Shown here in pieces: positions 8,668 through 18,153 of a DNA stretch of 64,000 nt. The stretch's first letter is position 1; each line of letters opens with the position of its first letter. Below the pieces are notes generated by a model. The model saw only the letters and a program-made list of their open reading frames with translations, made no database searches and had not been told where the DNA came from. Source of the DNA: Acidobacteriota bacterium (lineage in GTDB: Bacteria > Acidobacteriota > UBA890 > WLXD01). A program made the translations under genes and the position numbers. The stretch covers positions 2,080,001 through 2,144,000 of the forward strand of contig CBDFKD010000002.1 of assembly GCA_965248695.1 (NCBI GenBank). Reading direction: 5' to 3'.

Positions 8668-10308
8668 CTAGCGATCGGCGGCGACCACAAAGCTGTGCGC
8701 GCTGTCGAGCTCGGTCGAGATCGTCAACTTCCCGTCGACGCCCCACTCGGCGCCATCGACGCTCGTGGACCCCTGAGTGACGCTACCCAAGCGTTGGCCG
8801 TCCCTGGAGATCGAGTACGACATCGAAGGATCGAGCTGGTTGACGGTGAACGTCGTGCTCTCCGTTGCCACCGGGCCTGGCGTCAACGTGACGATCATGG
8901 CCGACTGGTCGCGATCCCAGATCGCCTGGGTGACGTTGGCCTCGATGTACTCGACGTCGCTGATGAACGGCTCGGAGAAGTGCCGCTCGTCGCGCGGCTG
9001 GTTGTACAGCGTCCACAGCCCGTCGCCGGGGTTGAGACGCGTCATCGCCACCAGCACGTTGCCGGTCACCGGGCTGATGTTGTGTATGAACCCGTCCTCG
9101 TCGCGGTTGAAGTTCTCTCTGTAGTCGGGCGTGTGCGGATAGTAGAGGCCGCCGTCGCGCCAGGTGGGCCCGAAGTGCTCGTCGGCGTACTCGAGCATGG
9201 TGGCGACGGTCTTCGTATCGCCGACCTCGGCCGCCAGGACCGCGAACCAGCCGAAGTCGAAGGAAGACGTCCAACCCATGTCGGAGCCCGGCTCGCCCTG
9301 GAACATGCCGGGGATGTAGAGCTTGCGCTGCTCGCGATACAGGTCCTTGACGTACCGCGGGGCCCAGACGTGGTGTGCCTGGCCGTTCCAGCCGTCGCTC
9401 CAGGCCATGCCGATCGATGACCACTTGGTCGACGCCGGAATCACCTCGTCGGACCGCGTGTGGAGGTAGAACATCGTCGTGTGGTTCTCGGGCGAGATGA
9501 ACTCCCGCTCGTGGATCGTCCTGGCGAACTCCTGCTCGACCTCGGCCGAGTAGTCCGTCCCGTGGGTCTGGTCGTACTGAATCAGGCCGAGGATCGGATG
9601 CTGGTTGCACTCGGTGTAGATGGCGCCGAGCTCGCATTCGATGCCGAGGAAGTCGCTGTCGACGAACTGGTCGTAGATCACCGTCGCCAGCCGCTCGTGG
9701 TCGTAGTCCATGCGCAAGGGCTCGCCGCCGTACTCGATTGCCGGGAACAAGAACGGCAGGGATCCGGGCTCGTCGTAGCGATGATCGTCGAACAGCGACT
9801 CGTGCAGGCTGACCATCTGCAACAGGTGACCGCTGTACATGATGTTCGACTTGATGTTGGGGTCGATCCATCCTTGCCAGCCATCCTCGCGATACACGGC
9901 GCTGTTGCCGTCCTGGTCCGCACCGCGTTTCTCGTACTGGCTCATGGCCGCCCAGTACTGCCAGACGTCCTTGTAGATCATCTTCTCGATCAGCCGGCTC
10001 GACGCCTCTCGGTACAGGTCCCGATGCGCCGGCACCTTGTGGTACTGCGCCAGGCTCAGCGCGTAGGCTGAGAAGGCGATCTGGAACTGGTAGGCGTCGA
10101 AGTTGTCGCCGCCCGGCGTGTTGCCCATCAGCGACCAGTCGCCGTCGAGCTGATTGGCGAGGTTGATCATGTGACGGACGTGGCCCATCTCGGCGGCGGA
10201 AAGCGACGGGTAGTCAGCGGCGAGGATGGCGCTGCCGGGCGGCGCGGCCGGTTGCGCACCGATCAGCGTCACACAGAGGATGAATACCGGAAGGGCGCGT
10301 TGCCGCAT
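8668..10308 (-). CDS. Secreted linalool dehydratase/isomerase (LDI)-like protein
   Basis: Signal peptide; YQFQIAFSAYAL, VWQYW, DP..KSNIMYSGHL, GIECELGAIYTECNQ (C-x8-C, as for the LDI catalytic Cys pair), AAEVGD; start moved to ATG 10308. Confidence 0.8.
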   Translation of the reverse strand: MRQRALPVFILCVTLIGAQPAAPPGSAILAADYPSLSAAEMGHVRHMINLANQLDGDWSLMGNTPGGDNFDAYQFQIAFSAYALSLAQYHKVPAHRDLYREASSRLIEKMIYKDVWQYWAAMSQYEKRGADQDGNSAVYREDGWQGWIDPNIKSNIMYSGHLLQMVSLHESLFDDHRYDEPGSLPFLFPAIEYGGEPLRMDYDHERLATVIYDQFVDSDFLGIECELGAIYTECNQHPILGLIQYDQTHGTDYSAEVEQEFARTIHEREFISPENHTTMFYLHTRSDEVIPASTKWSSIGMAWSDGWNGQAHHVWAPRYVKDLYREQRKLYIPGMFQGEPGSDMGWTSSFDFGWFAVLAAEVGDTKTVATMLEYADEHFGPTWRDGGLYYPHTPDYRENFNRDEDGFIHNISPVTGNVLVAMTRLNPGDGLWTLYNQPRDERHFSEPFISDVEYIEANVTQAIWDRDQSAMIVTLTPGPVATESTTFTVNQLDPSMSYSISRDGQRLGSVTQGSTSVDGAEWGVDGKLTISTELDSAHSFVVAADR

Positions 10309-10459
10309 GGGTGGCTCCAGATGGTAGCGGTCCGAGGCAAACCGAAGGCCGAGATCTGATTGGGTGTAGTTGGAGCGTAGTTTCAGGCTTCGGAGTCCGT
10401 CAAGGGTGACGGCATCCCATTTGACTTGTGCTCCGCGCCCGGTGTAACAGGGCCTCGAG

Positions 10460-11980
10460 ATGCTGACCTCACTCGGAGAGATCCTGCCCGCCGCCGCCGA
10501 CAAGTACGGCGACAAGACCGCGTTGGTCTGCGACGGCGAGACGTTCTCGTTCCGCCACCTCGATGACCTCTCGAATCGCCTCGCAGCGGGCCTGGAGGCG
10601 CTCGGCATCGCGTCAGGAGACCGCGTGACGCTCTACTCCGCCAACCGCTGGGAGTGGATCGTCAGCTACTACGCGGCACTCAAGATCGGTGCGGTGATCA
10701 ATCCGATCAACGTCATGCTGACCCCCGAGGAGGTCGCGTTCGTGGCTGCGGACTGCGGCGCGAAGGCGATACTGGCCTCGCGCGAGAAAGGCGAGCCGAT
10801 CCTCGGCCTCAAGGACTCTTCCGACGTCGAGGAGATCATCATCTTCGGCGACCAGGTGCCGGCCGGAGCACGGTCGTTCAACGAGCTGCTCGAAGGAAAC
10901 GAACCGGGCTTCGAGGCAAAGGAAGTAGCCGCCGATGAGCTGTCGACCATCTGCTACACCTCGGGCACCACCGGACACCCGAAGGGCGCGATGCAAAGCC
11001 ACCGCAGCGTGATCCTCAACGCTGCCCTGACTTCCAACATGCACGTGCGCACCGAGGACGACGTCATTGTCACCGCGCTGCCGTGCCCGCACGTCTACGG
11101 CAACGTCATCTTCAACGCCGCCTTCATGTATGGGATGCAGTTGGTTCTGCATCCGCTGTTCGTACAGGACGAGATCCTGCAGTCGATCCAGGAGCACGGC
11201 GCCACAATGTTCGAGGGCGTGCCGACGATGTACCTCTACCTGTTGGACCACCAAGGGTTGGGCGACTACGACCTGTCGTCGCTGACGCGCTGCACGGTCG
11301 GCGGCCAGACGATGGCGGTCAACAAGATGCAGGAGGTCGAGCAGCGCTTCGGTTGCCCGCTCATCGAGCTCTGGGGAATGACCGAGCTCGCCGGGCTCGG
11401 CACCACCAACCTACGGTATGGGCTCAACAAGCACGGCTCGATCGGCGTCTCCCTGCCCGGCTGTGAGATGCGCATCGCGTCCGTCGATGACGCTGCCCAC
11501 ACCCTGCCGCACGGTGAGGTCGGTGAGCTCATGGCCCGCGGCCCGATCGTCATGCAGGGCTATTACGGTAACGAGCAGGGAACCGTCGAGACCATCGAGC
11601 CGGATGGCTGGCTGCACACTGGCGACCTGGCGAGCATGGACGACGACGGCTACATCACCATCGTCGACCGCAAAAAGGACATGATCCTCACCGCTGGCTA
11701 CAACGTCTACCCGGCGGAGATCGAGCGCGTCGTCGCCGGCCATCCCGACGTCGCCATGGTGGCCGTCGGACGACAACCCGACGAGATGAAGGGCGAGATC
11801 GCCAAGGCGTACATCGTGCTCAAGCACGGCGCCACCGGCGACGAAGAGTCGATCGTGCTCCACTGTCGCGAACACCTCGCAGCCTACAAGGTCCCGCGTG
11901 CGGTCCAATTCGTCGACGATCTGCCGAAGACCAGCACCGGTAAGATCATGCGCCGCGAGCTGCGAACCCTCGACGTTTAA
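10460..11980 (+). CDS. Acyl-CoA synthetase / long-chain fatty acid-CoA ligase
   Basis: YTSGTTGHPKG, WGMTE, WLHTGD, IVDRKKDMI, LPKTSTGKI. Confidence 0.93.
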   Translation: MLTSLGEILPAAADKYGDKTALVCDGETFSFRHLDDLSNRLAAGLEALGIASGDRVTLYSANRWEWIVSYYAALKIGAVINPINVMLTPEEVAFVAADCGAKAILASREKGEPILGLKDSSDVEEIIIFGDQVPAGARSFNELLEGNEPGFEAKEVAADELSTICYTSGTTGHPKGAMQSHRSVILNAALTSNMHVRTEDDVIVTALPCPHVYGNVIFNAAFMYGMQLVLHPLFVQDEILQSIQEHGATMFEGVPTMYLYLLDHQGLGDYDLSSLTRCTVGGQTMAVNKMQEVEQRFGCPLIELWGMTELAGLGTTNLRYGLNKHGSIGVSLPGCEMRIASVDDAAHTLPHGEVGELMARGPIVMQGYYGNEQGTVETIEPDGWLHTGDLASMDDDGYITIVDRKKDMILTAGYNVYPAEIERVVAGHPDVAMVAVGRQPDEMKGEIAKAYIVLKHGATGDEESIVLHCREHLAAYKVPRAVQFVDDLPKTSTGKIMRRELRTLDV

Positions 11981-11982
11981 GC

Positions 11983-13080
11983 TCAGCCCATGCGCAAGAT
12001 GGGCTTCACGGTGTCGCCTCCCTCGGTCGCCGCCACCGCCTCGTTGATCTGATCGAGGTTGTAGAACTCCATCAGGCGATCGATCGGGAACTTGCCGGCC
12101 ATGTACATGTCGACCATCTGCGGGATGAACAGATCGGGCACTGCGTCGCCCTCGATCACGCCGCGTAGGGTACGACCGAACAGGATGGCGTTCATGTCGA
12201 GCGTTATCTCCGTCCCCAAGGGCGAGGTACCGAGCAGGCCACAAATGCCTTGGAGACCGAGCGCGTCGACGGATTGGCGCACCACTTCGGGCACCCCGGT
12301 CGCCTCGACCGTGTAGTTGGCACCGCCGCCAGTGAGCTCGTGGATCGCCTCGACGGGGTTGGCATCCGAGGCATTGATCGTGTGCGTCGCGCCGAGCTCC
12401 GCGGCCAGCTCCAGCCGCTTGGCGTTCAGATCGACAGCAATGATCGGATCGCAGCCGGCGATCTTGGCGGCCATGACCGACGACAGGCCGACCGTGCCGA
12501 CCCCAAACACCGCGATGCTCTCGCCGGCCTTCGGATGCAGGTTGTTGAGCACCGTCCCGGCCCCGGTCTGGATACCGCAGCCGAGCGGTCCGAGCATCTC
12601 GAGCGGTGCATCTTCGCGCACCTTCACGACGTTGTTCTCGAACGCCAACGCGTAGTCGGCGAAGGAAGACTGGCCGAAGAAGGCACCATGAACAACCTCG
12701 TCCCCGCGATGCATGACCGGCGATCCGTCGGGCCGTGCACCGCCGAAGTTGTGTCCGAACAGCTCCACGCAGTAACCGGGTGCACCCTGCTTGCAATTGC
12801 CGCAGGCACCGCATGAATGGAAGCTGAGGACGACATGGTCACCCTCCTTGACCTTGGTGACGTCGGCGCCGACACGCTCGACGATCCCGGCCCCTTCGTG
12901 GCCGAGAACTGCAGGCAGCGGCACCGGATAGTACTGATCGCGCACCGACAGATCCGTGTGGCAGATCCCGGTGGCAACTACCTTGACCAGCACCTCGTTG
13001 CCGCGCGGCTCGTCCAGATCGACCGGGCCGACGCTGAATTCGGCGCCTGGCTCCTCGAGGACTGCAGCCCTCACCTCCAT
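11983..13080 (-). CDS. Zinc-dependent aryl/allylic alcohol dehydrogenase (benzyl alcohol/geraniol dehydrogenase-like)
   Basis: GICHTD, GHEGAG, C-x2-C-x2-C-x7-C structural Zn site, FFGQSSF, PLGCGIQTGAG, KPIL; GGGAGG RBS before ATG 13080. Confidence 0.9.
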   Translation of the reverse strand: MEVRAAVLEEPGAEFSVGPVDLDEPRGNEVLVKVVATGICHTDLSVRDQYYPVPLPAVLGHEGAGIVERVGADVTKVKEGDHVVLSFHSCGACGNCKQGAPGYCVELFGHNFGGARPDGSPVMHRGDEVVHGAFFGQSSFADYALAFENNVVKVREDAPLEMLGPLGCGIQTGAGTVLNNLHPKAGESIAVFGVGTVGLSSVMAAKIAGCDPIIAVDLNAKRLELAAELGATHTINASDANPVEAIHELTGGGANYTVEATGVPEVVRQSVDALGLQGICGLLGTSPLGTEITLDMNAILFGRTLRGVIEGDAVPDLFIPQMVDMYMAGKFPIDRLMEFYNLDQINEAVAATEGGDTVKPILRMG

Positions 13081-13110
13081 CGCGTGCCTCCCTTTTGCTC
13101 GTACGAGTGC

Positions 13111-13126
13111 GCGGTGGCCGTGCCAA
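13111..13126 (-). promoter_or_regulatory. Putative sigma-54 (-24/-12) promoter of the alcohol dehydrogenase gene
   Basis: Minus strand TTGGCACGGCCACCGC: TGGCAC -24 box and exact GG-N10-GC spacing, but CCGC instead of TTGC. Confidence 0.35.
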
Positions 13127-13206
13127 AGTAGTGACCCCGCAGTAGCGGCGCCGGAGTCTAGCACCCGCGCTCGCGGAGACCCAGGGAACGCGAGGTGGCC
13201 GAGCGT

Positions 13207-14808
13207 CTAGCGGCCACCGAACCAGCCGCGGCGGGCGTCGCGACCGACCACCTGCGCACAGTTGCGCCCCGGCACGCCCATGACGCCGCCGCCCGGGTGG
13301 GTGCCTGAGCCACACAGGTACAGGCTCTTGACCGGCGACCGGTAGTCGCCGTATCCGGGGATCGGACGGAAACAGAAGAGCTGATCGGGCGACATGTCGC
13401 CCTGGAAGATGTTGCCCCCGAGCAGACCAAAGCGCTCCTCGATGTCCGGCGGCGCCAGCACTTCCATGTGCTCTACCGAGGCCTCGAATCCCGGACAGTA
13501 CTCCTCCATCTTGCGGAGGATCCGTCGCCCATAGACCTCGCGCTCGGTATCCCAGGAGCCTTCTCGGAGGTCATACGGCCCGAACTGCGTGAAGAACAAT
13601 CCGATGTGCTTGCCCTCGGGAGCCAGTCCCGGTTCGTGGACGGTCGGAAACACCGCCTCCAGGTAAGGGTGCTCGGAAGTGCGGCCGTACTTGGCATCGT
13701 CCCAGGCGCGCTCGAGATACTCGATCGAGGGGGAGATGGCGATCAGCCCGGTGTGCGGGTCGCCCGGAATCGGCCCGTCCCAGGCGGTCGGCCGCGGCAG
13801 CTCGGACAGCGCCACGTTGACCTTCACCGAGCCGGAGCGACTGCGGTATCGGCCGACGTCCGCCACCACCTCGTCGGAGAGGTTCTCCTTGCCGACCAGG
13901 TCGAAGTACGTGGTCACCGGATGGGCGCAGGAGATCACCTGGCGCGCGTGCAGCACCTCGCCGTTCTCCAGCTCGACACCCGTTGCCTTTCCATCCTGAA
14001 TGATGATGCGACGAACGGGCGCCTCGGCGCGAACGGTGGCGCCGGCGGCACGGGCCGAGTCGGCGATGGCGTTGCTCAGCGCTCCCATGCCGCCGTGCAC
14101 CCAGCCCCAGGCGCCCGACTGGCCGTCGATCTCGCCGATCCAGTGATGCATGAGCACATACGCCGATCCGGGGCTCATCGGCCCGCCCCAGCCGCCGATG
14201 ACCGTCTGCGTAGCCATGGCGCCCTTGATGCGCTCGTCCTCGAACCACTCCTCGAGGAAGTCGGCCCCCGACAGCGTGAACAGCCGCGTGACCTCGGCGA
14301 TGTCACGCGCTGTCCAGTGACGGAACCGACGGCCGAGCGACAACCACTTGGGAATCTCCCGCCACTCGAGGCGCGGCGGAATCACGAACAGCATGTCGCG
14401 CACCAGATCGCCGATGTGCTCGAAGTACTCGTCGAACCTCAAGTAGGCGGCCGCATCCGCCTTGGAGAATCGCGCGATCTCGGCGGCGGTCTTGGCGGCG
14501 TCGCCATGCAGCGTCAGCGCGGTGCCGTCGTCGAACGGGAGCCAGTAGTCAGGCTCGAGAATGGAGACCTTGTAGCCGAAACGATCGAGGTCGAGCTCGG
14601 AGATGATACGCGGTGGTACGAGGCTGGTCACATACGCCGCTGACGAGATGCTGTAGCCCGGCCACGGCTCCTCGGTAGACGCTGCCCCACCGAGAAAGTG
14701 CCGGCGCTCGAGCACCACGACATCCATGCCGGCGCGCGCAAGATACGCTGCGCAGGCAAGACCGTTGTGGCCCCCGCCGATGACGATCGCGTCGTGGGTC
14801 GTGCTCAA
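13207..14808 (-). CDS. Phytoene desaturase-family (COG1233, PYROXD2-like) FAD oxidoreductase
   Basis: IGGGHNGL, LERRHFLGG, GSAYVLMHH, YLERAWDDAKYG, GGNIFQG, LYLCGSGTHPGGGVMG; TTG start overlaps the upstream TGA. Confidence 0.9.
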   Translation of the reverse strand: MSTTHDAIVIGGGHNGLACAAYLARAGMDVVVLERRHFLGGAASTEEPWPGYSISSAAYVTSLVPPRIISELDLDRFGYKVSILEPDYWLPFDDGTALTLHGDAAKTAAEIARFSKADAAAYLRFDEYFEHIGDLVRDMLFVIPPRLEWREIPKWLSLGRRFRHWTARDIAEVTRLFTLSGADFLEEWFEDERIKGAMATQTVIGGWGGPMSPGSAYVLMHHWIGEIDGQSGAWGWVHGGMGALSNAIADSARAAGATVRAEAPVRRIIIQDGKATGVELENGEVLHARQVISCAHPVTTYFDLVGKENLSDEVVADVGRYRSRSGSVKVNVALSELPRPTAWDGPIPGDPHTGLIAISPSIEYLERAWDDAKYGRTSEHPYLEAVFPTVHEPGLAPEGKHIGLFFTQFGPYDLREGSWDTEREVYGRRILRKMEEYCPGFEASVEHMEVLAPPDIEERFGLLGGNIFQGDMSPDQLFCFRPIPGYGDYRSPVKSLYLCGSGTHPGGGVMGVPGRNCAQVVGRDARRGWFGGR

Positions 14809-16079
14809 CGCTCGACGTCCGCCACTCCCGCGGTGTCATGCTCGGTGGCCGCGATCGCTTTGAGCGCGAACGTCGTCCCCGCATGGGTGAGGAAATTGGA
14901 CGTGTCACTGGCGTTGCGTAGCGACTGGGTCCACCAGTAACCATCGGCTCGCTGGTGGGTCTTCAACCAGCTCACACCACGTCGGATCGCCGGATGCGAT
15001 GCCGGCACGCCGGCCTGTCGTAGTGTGTAGACGACGAACCCGGTGCCGTAGCCGTCGGTCTCGATCGTGGCCGGCGGATCCGAGTCGAGCCCCCGACGCA
15101 TACGCCACACGCCGAGATCTCCAGAAGCCCAGCCGCCATCATCACGCTGCAGACCGAGAAGCTCGTCGACCCAGAGGTCGCGGTCGGCTTCGCTCACGAG
15201 ACCCTCATGCAGCGAGCCGGCCCAGAGCAGCATGGCGCGGTTGTGGGCGAACTCGGGCGGATTCGCTGCGATGTGAGCGCGAATCCTGCGCATGCCCTCG
15301 ACCGCCGCGTCTGTGCTGGCGTAGTCGCCCGGCGCCATGCCCGTGGCGATCGCCATCAGCGTCACGCCGAAGTGGAAGTCGCTTTCGAACGGCGGCCAGT
15401 TGCACACCACCCAGTCGACCCAGTGGCCGCCCTCATCCTGGAGCGACCAGGCGCGATCCAGGCCCTCGAGGGTGATGTCGCTGAGCTCGCTGGCGCCCGC
15501 CTGTGCCTCGTTGATGGCCAGGAAGGCGGAGGTAGCAACAACGGATGTGGGCCCGAGGTTCGGCGCGTCGTTGCCGGGTATGTCGTTGGCGCGCCACGAG
15601 CGCACAAACCGTTCCGCCTGCTCGTGGGCAATCCCGAAAGCTCGTCGCTCGCCGAAGATCTCGGCCGGCGATGTGAGATACCAGCCGTTGGTATGGCACG
15701 TAACGCAGCCGAACTTGTCACCCCAGGTCACGGCGACCCGATCGAGGAAGCCTGCAGCGCGCTCCACCGAGAAGGTGTCGGCGAAGGCGTCCTCGCGGGC
15801 GTACAGTTCGAACTCCGCCGACGCCAGCAGCGCGGCGAATTCCTCGTTGCTCATCGCCTCGGTGTCGGGAAGCACGGGGATAGCCTGTTCATCGGCTTGC
15901 TGCGCCGCCTGCCGCGGGGCGGCGTCAGCCGGTCCCGTGGCACTCAGCAGCACCGCCGTCGTCCACAGGACCACCGCGAGAACCGCGGCAAACGCAACGC
16001 TGGTCCTGGCGATCGAGACGCTGATACCGGCCATTCGACGTTTGTGCCGACCAGCGCGCTGTCGTTCGTTGATCTTCAT
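14805..16079 (-). CDS. Exported prenyltransferase/squalene-hopene-cyclase-repeat protein with CxxCH
   Basis: QW-like repeats LQDEGGHW, LQRDDGGW, HQRADGYW; DGYGTG; GCVTCHTN; N-terminal hydrophobic signal; GGAG RBS before ATG 16079; no DxDD. Confidence 0.75.
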   Translation of the reverse strand: MKINERQRAGRHKRRMAGISVSIARTSVAFAAVLAVVLWTTAVLLSATGPADAAPRQAAQQADEQAIPVLPDTEAMSNEEFAALLASAEFELYAREDAFADTFSVERAAGFLDRVAVTWGDKFGCVTCHTNGWYLTSPAEIFGERRAFGIAHEQAERFVRSWRANDIPGNDAPNLGPTSVVATSAFLAINEAQAGASELSDITLEGLDRAWSLQDEGGHWVDWVVCNWPPFESDFHFGVTLMAIATGMAPGDYASTDAAVEGMRRIRAHIAANPPEFAHNRAMLLWAGSLHEGLVSEADRDLWVDELLGLQRDDGGWASGDLGVWRMRRGLDSDPPATIETDGYGTGFVVYTLRQAGVPASHPAIRRGVSWLKTHQRADGYWWTQSLRNASDTSNFLTHAGTTFALKAIAATEHDTAGVADVER

Positions 16080-16261
16080 CAGAAACTCCGTGGTCCGGTC
16101 ACAGTGGCGACCTGAATCGCCGAACTCTGCCTCGCCGTACTCTGTTTCGCTGCTCCGGGAACGGAGTGCCGGTCCGGACGCCGCCGCACCGGTGCGCCAC
16201 GAGCGTCGCCACCGTACCATGACGGATTCTGCCCGCGGCAGTCACACAAAGGAGGTGGTAG

Positions 16262-17233
16262 GTGAAGCTCCGCGTCATCAACCCGGACCAGGTGATCGAG
16301 CTGCTGCCAATGGCCGAGTGCATCGAGGTCATCGACGCCGCCATGCGCCGCTCGGCTGACCGCGAAGCGCTGATGCCGCTGCGCACAAAGATGGCGCTGC
16401 CGGGCGAGGGGATACTTGGCTGGATGCCAGGCTACATGGCGGAGCCAGAGGTCTTCGGCATGAAGCTCGTCGGGGTCTTTCCGGGAAATTTCGCCCTCGG
16501 GATGCACAGCCACCATGGCGTCGTGGTGCTGTTCGAGACGCAGCATGGGCGCCCCTTTGCAGTTGTCGACGCCTCCGAGATCACCGCGATCCGCACCGCA
16601 GCAGCAAGCGCCGTGGCGACCCGCCTACTCGCTCGCGGCGATGCGTCGGTGCTGGCGATCATGGGGTACGGGGCTCAGGGCCGTCAGCATCTGGAGACCA
16701 TGTTATGCGTGCGACCGTTCGACGACATAAGGATCTGGGGACGCGACAGGGAGAAGGCAAGCGCGTTTGCCCAGGAGCAGGGAGAGAAATTCGGTGTGGC
16801 GGTCCGGGCGGTAGCGGACGCGCGTGAGGCGGTCGCCGGAGCTGATGTGATCTGCACGGTGACGGCGTCGCCCGAGCCCGTCCTCTTCGGCGACTGGCTC
16901 GAACCCGGCCAGCACATCAACGCCGTCGGCACGAGCTTCCCAGGCATCCGGGAGCTTGACGGCTCCGCGGTAGCTCGATGCCGATTGTTCGTCGACCTGT
17001 TGGAGGGCGCGCGGGAACAGGCCGGCGAGTTCCAGATGGCCCGCGATGAGGGCGCCATCACCGACGACCACATCCTCGGCGAGATCGGCGAGGTCTCGCT
17101 GGGGCGTGTGGACGGGCGTATCGACGCCGCGAACATCACGCTCTACAAGTCGCTCGGTCTGGTTGTTCAGGACCTCGCATCGGCCCACCACGTGTTTCGC
17201 AAGGCCGAGGAACAGGGCATCGGCGTGACCTGA
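16262..17233 (+). CDS. Ornithine cyclodeaminase / mu-crystallin family protein (last few residues probably clipped by the IS)
   Basis: AAGGAGGT RBS; MPGY, ITAIRTAAASAVAT, GYGAQG, HINAVG, LYKSLG; stop TGA lies inside the IS terminal repeat. Confidence 0.9.
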   Translation: MKLRVINPDQVIELLPMAECIEVIDAAMRRSADREALMPLRTKMALPGEGILGWMPGYMAEPEVFGMKLVGVFPGNFALGMHSHHGVVVLFETQHGRPFAVVDASEITAIRTAAASAVATRLLARGDASVLAIMGYGAQGRQHLETMLCVRPFDDIRIWGRDREKASAFAQEQGEKFGVAVRAVADAREAVAGADVICTVTASPEPVLFGDWLEPGQHINAVGTSFPGIRELDGSAVARCRLFVDLLEGAREQAGEFQMARDEGAITDDHILGEIGEVSLGRVDGRIDAANITLYKSLGLVVQDLASAHHVFRKAEEQGIGVT

Positions 17234-17259
17234 CCCCGCGGTTAGTACCATGTCTTATC

Positions 17260-18153
17260 TCAGTAACTCGGTGCTGACAAGAGGTTGTTGAGGCCGGCGA
17301 AGCGGAGCGCAGCCGGCTTCAACAACGTCGCTTCGGGTGCGGGCGGCCGATAGCTCAGCGAGCTGTGCGGTCGCATGCGGTTGTAGTGCTGACGCCATCT
17401 CTCGATCAGAACCTTTGCCTCCTTGAGCGTGTAGAAGATCTCTCCATCCAGCAGCTCGTCGCGTAGCTTGCCGTTGAAGCTCTCCACGTAACCGTTCTCC
17501 CACGGCGAGCCCGGCTCGATGAACAGCGTCCCCACGCCCAACCGGCCCAGCCAGTCGCGAACCGCCTCGGCGGTGAACTCTGGTCCGTTATCCGACCGGA
17601 TGTGCTCAGGTATGCCCCGGTGTACGAACAACCTCCCGAGCTGCTCCAGCACGTCCTCAGAGTTGAGCTTCCGTGCTACATGGATCGCCAGGCTTTCTCG
17701 TGTGTACTCATCGACGATCGTCAGCAGCCTCATAGCCCGACCGTCGTGCGTCCGGTGGTGCAGGAAGTCATACGCCCAGACATGATCCCGGTGCTGTGGG
17801 CGCAGCCGGATGCAGGAGCCATCGCTCAGCCACAGCCGTGCTCGTTTGGGCTGTTTTCTCGGTACTTTCAGCCCTTCGCGCCGCCAGATACGCTGCACTC
17901 GTTTGTGGTTCACGGACCAGCCCTCCATGCGCAGCAACGCTGTCACCCTCCGATATCCGTAGCGCCCGTACTGTCGGGCTAAATCCACGATCCGCTCCGT
18001 CAAAATCTGCTCCTGTTGCGGCTCTCTTGGCACGTACCGGTGTGTCGTGCGTGGTTGTTTCAGTACCCGACACGCCCGCCTCTCCGAGACGCCCAGCCGC
18101 CCCCGTACATGTGCCACCGCCTCTCGCCGCCGAGCTGGGCTCAGAAGTTTCCC
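17260..18153 (-). CDS. IS3 transposase OrfB (DDE integrase core), expressed by -1 frameshift
   Basis: YGYRR, WAYDF, RSDNGPEF, ENGYVESFNGKLRDE; slippery G GGA AAC at 18147-18153. Confidence 0.92.
   Translation of the reverse strand, partial: GKLLSPARRREAVAHVRGRLGVSERRACRVLKQPRTTHRYVPREPQQEQILTERIVDLARQYGRYGYRRVTALLRMEGWSVNHKRVQRIWRREGLKVPRKQPKRARLWLSDGSCIRLRPQHRDHVWAYDFLHHRTHDGRAMRLLTIVDEYTRESLAIHVARKLNSEDVLEQLGRLFVHRGIPEHIRSDNGPEFTAEAVRDWLGRLGVGTLFIEPGSPWENGYVESFNGKLRDELLDGEIFYTLKEAKVLIERWRQHYNRMRPHSSLSYRPPAPEATLLKPAALRFAGLNNLLSAPSY

Noticed and set aside
14805-16079. True squalene-hopene cyclase (shc)
   Set aside because: Too short, single-domain, exported, and lacks DxDD
16080-16261. Riboswitch in the intergenic region between the cyclase-fold gene and the cyclodeaminase
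   Set aside because: Only short GC hairpins; no conserved aptamer motifs recognised
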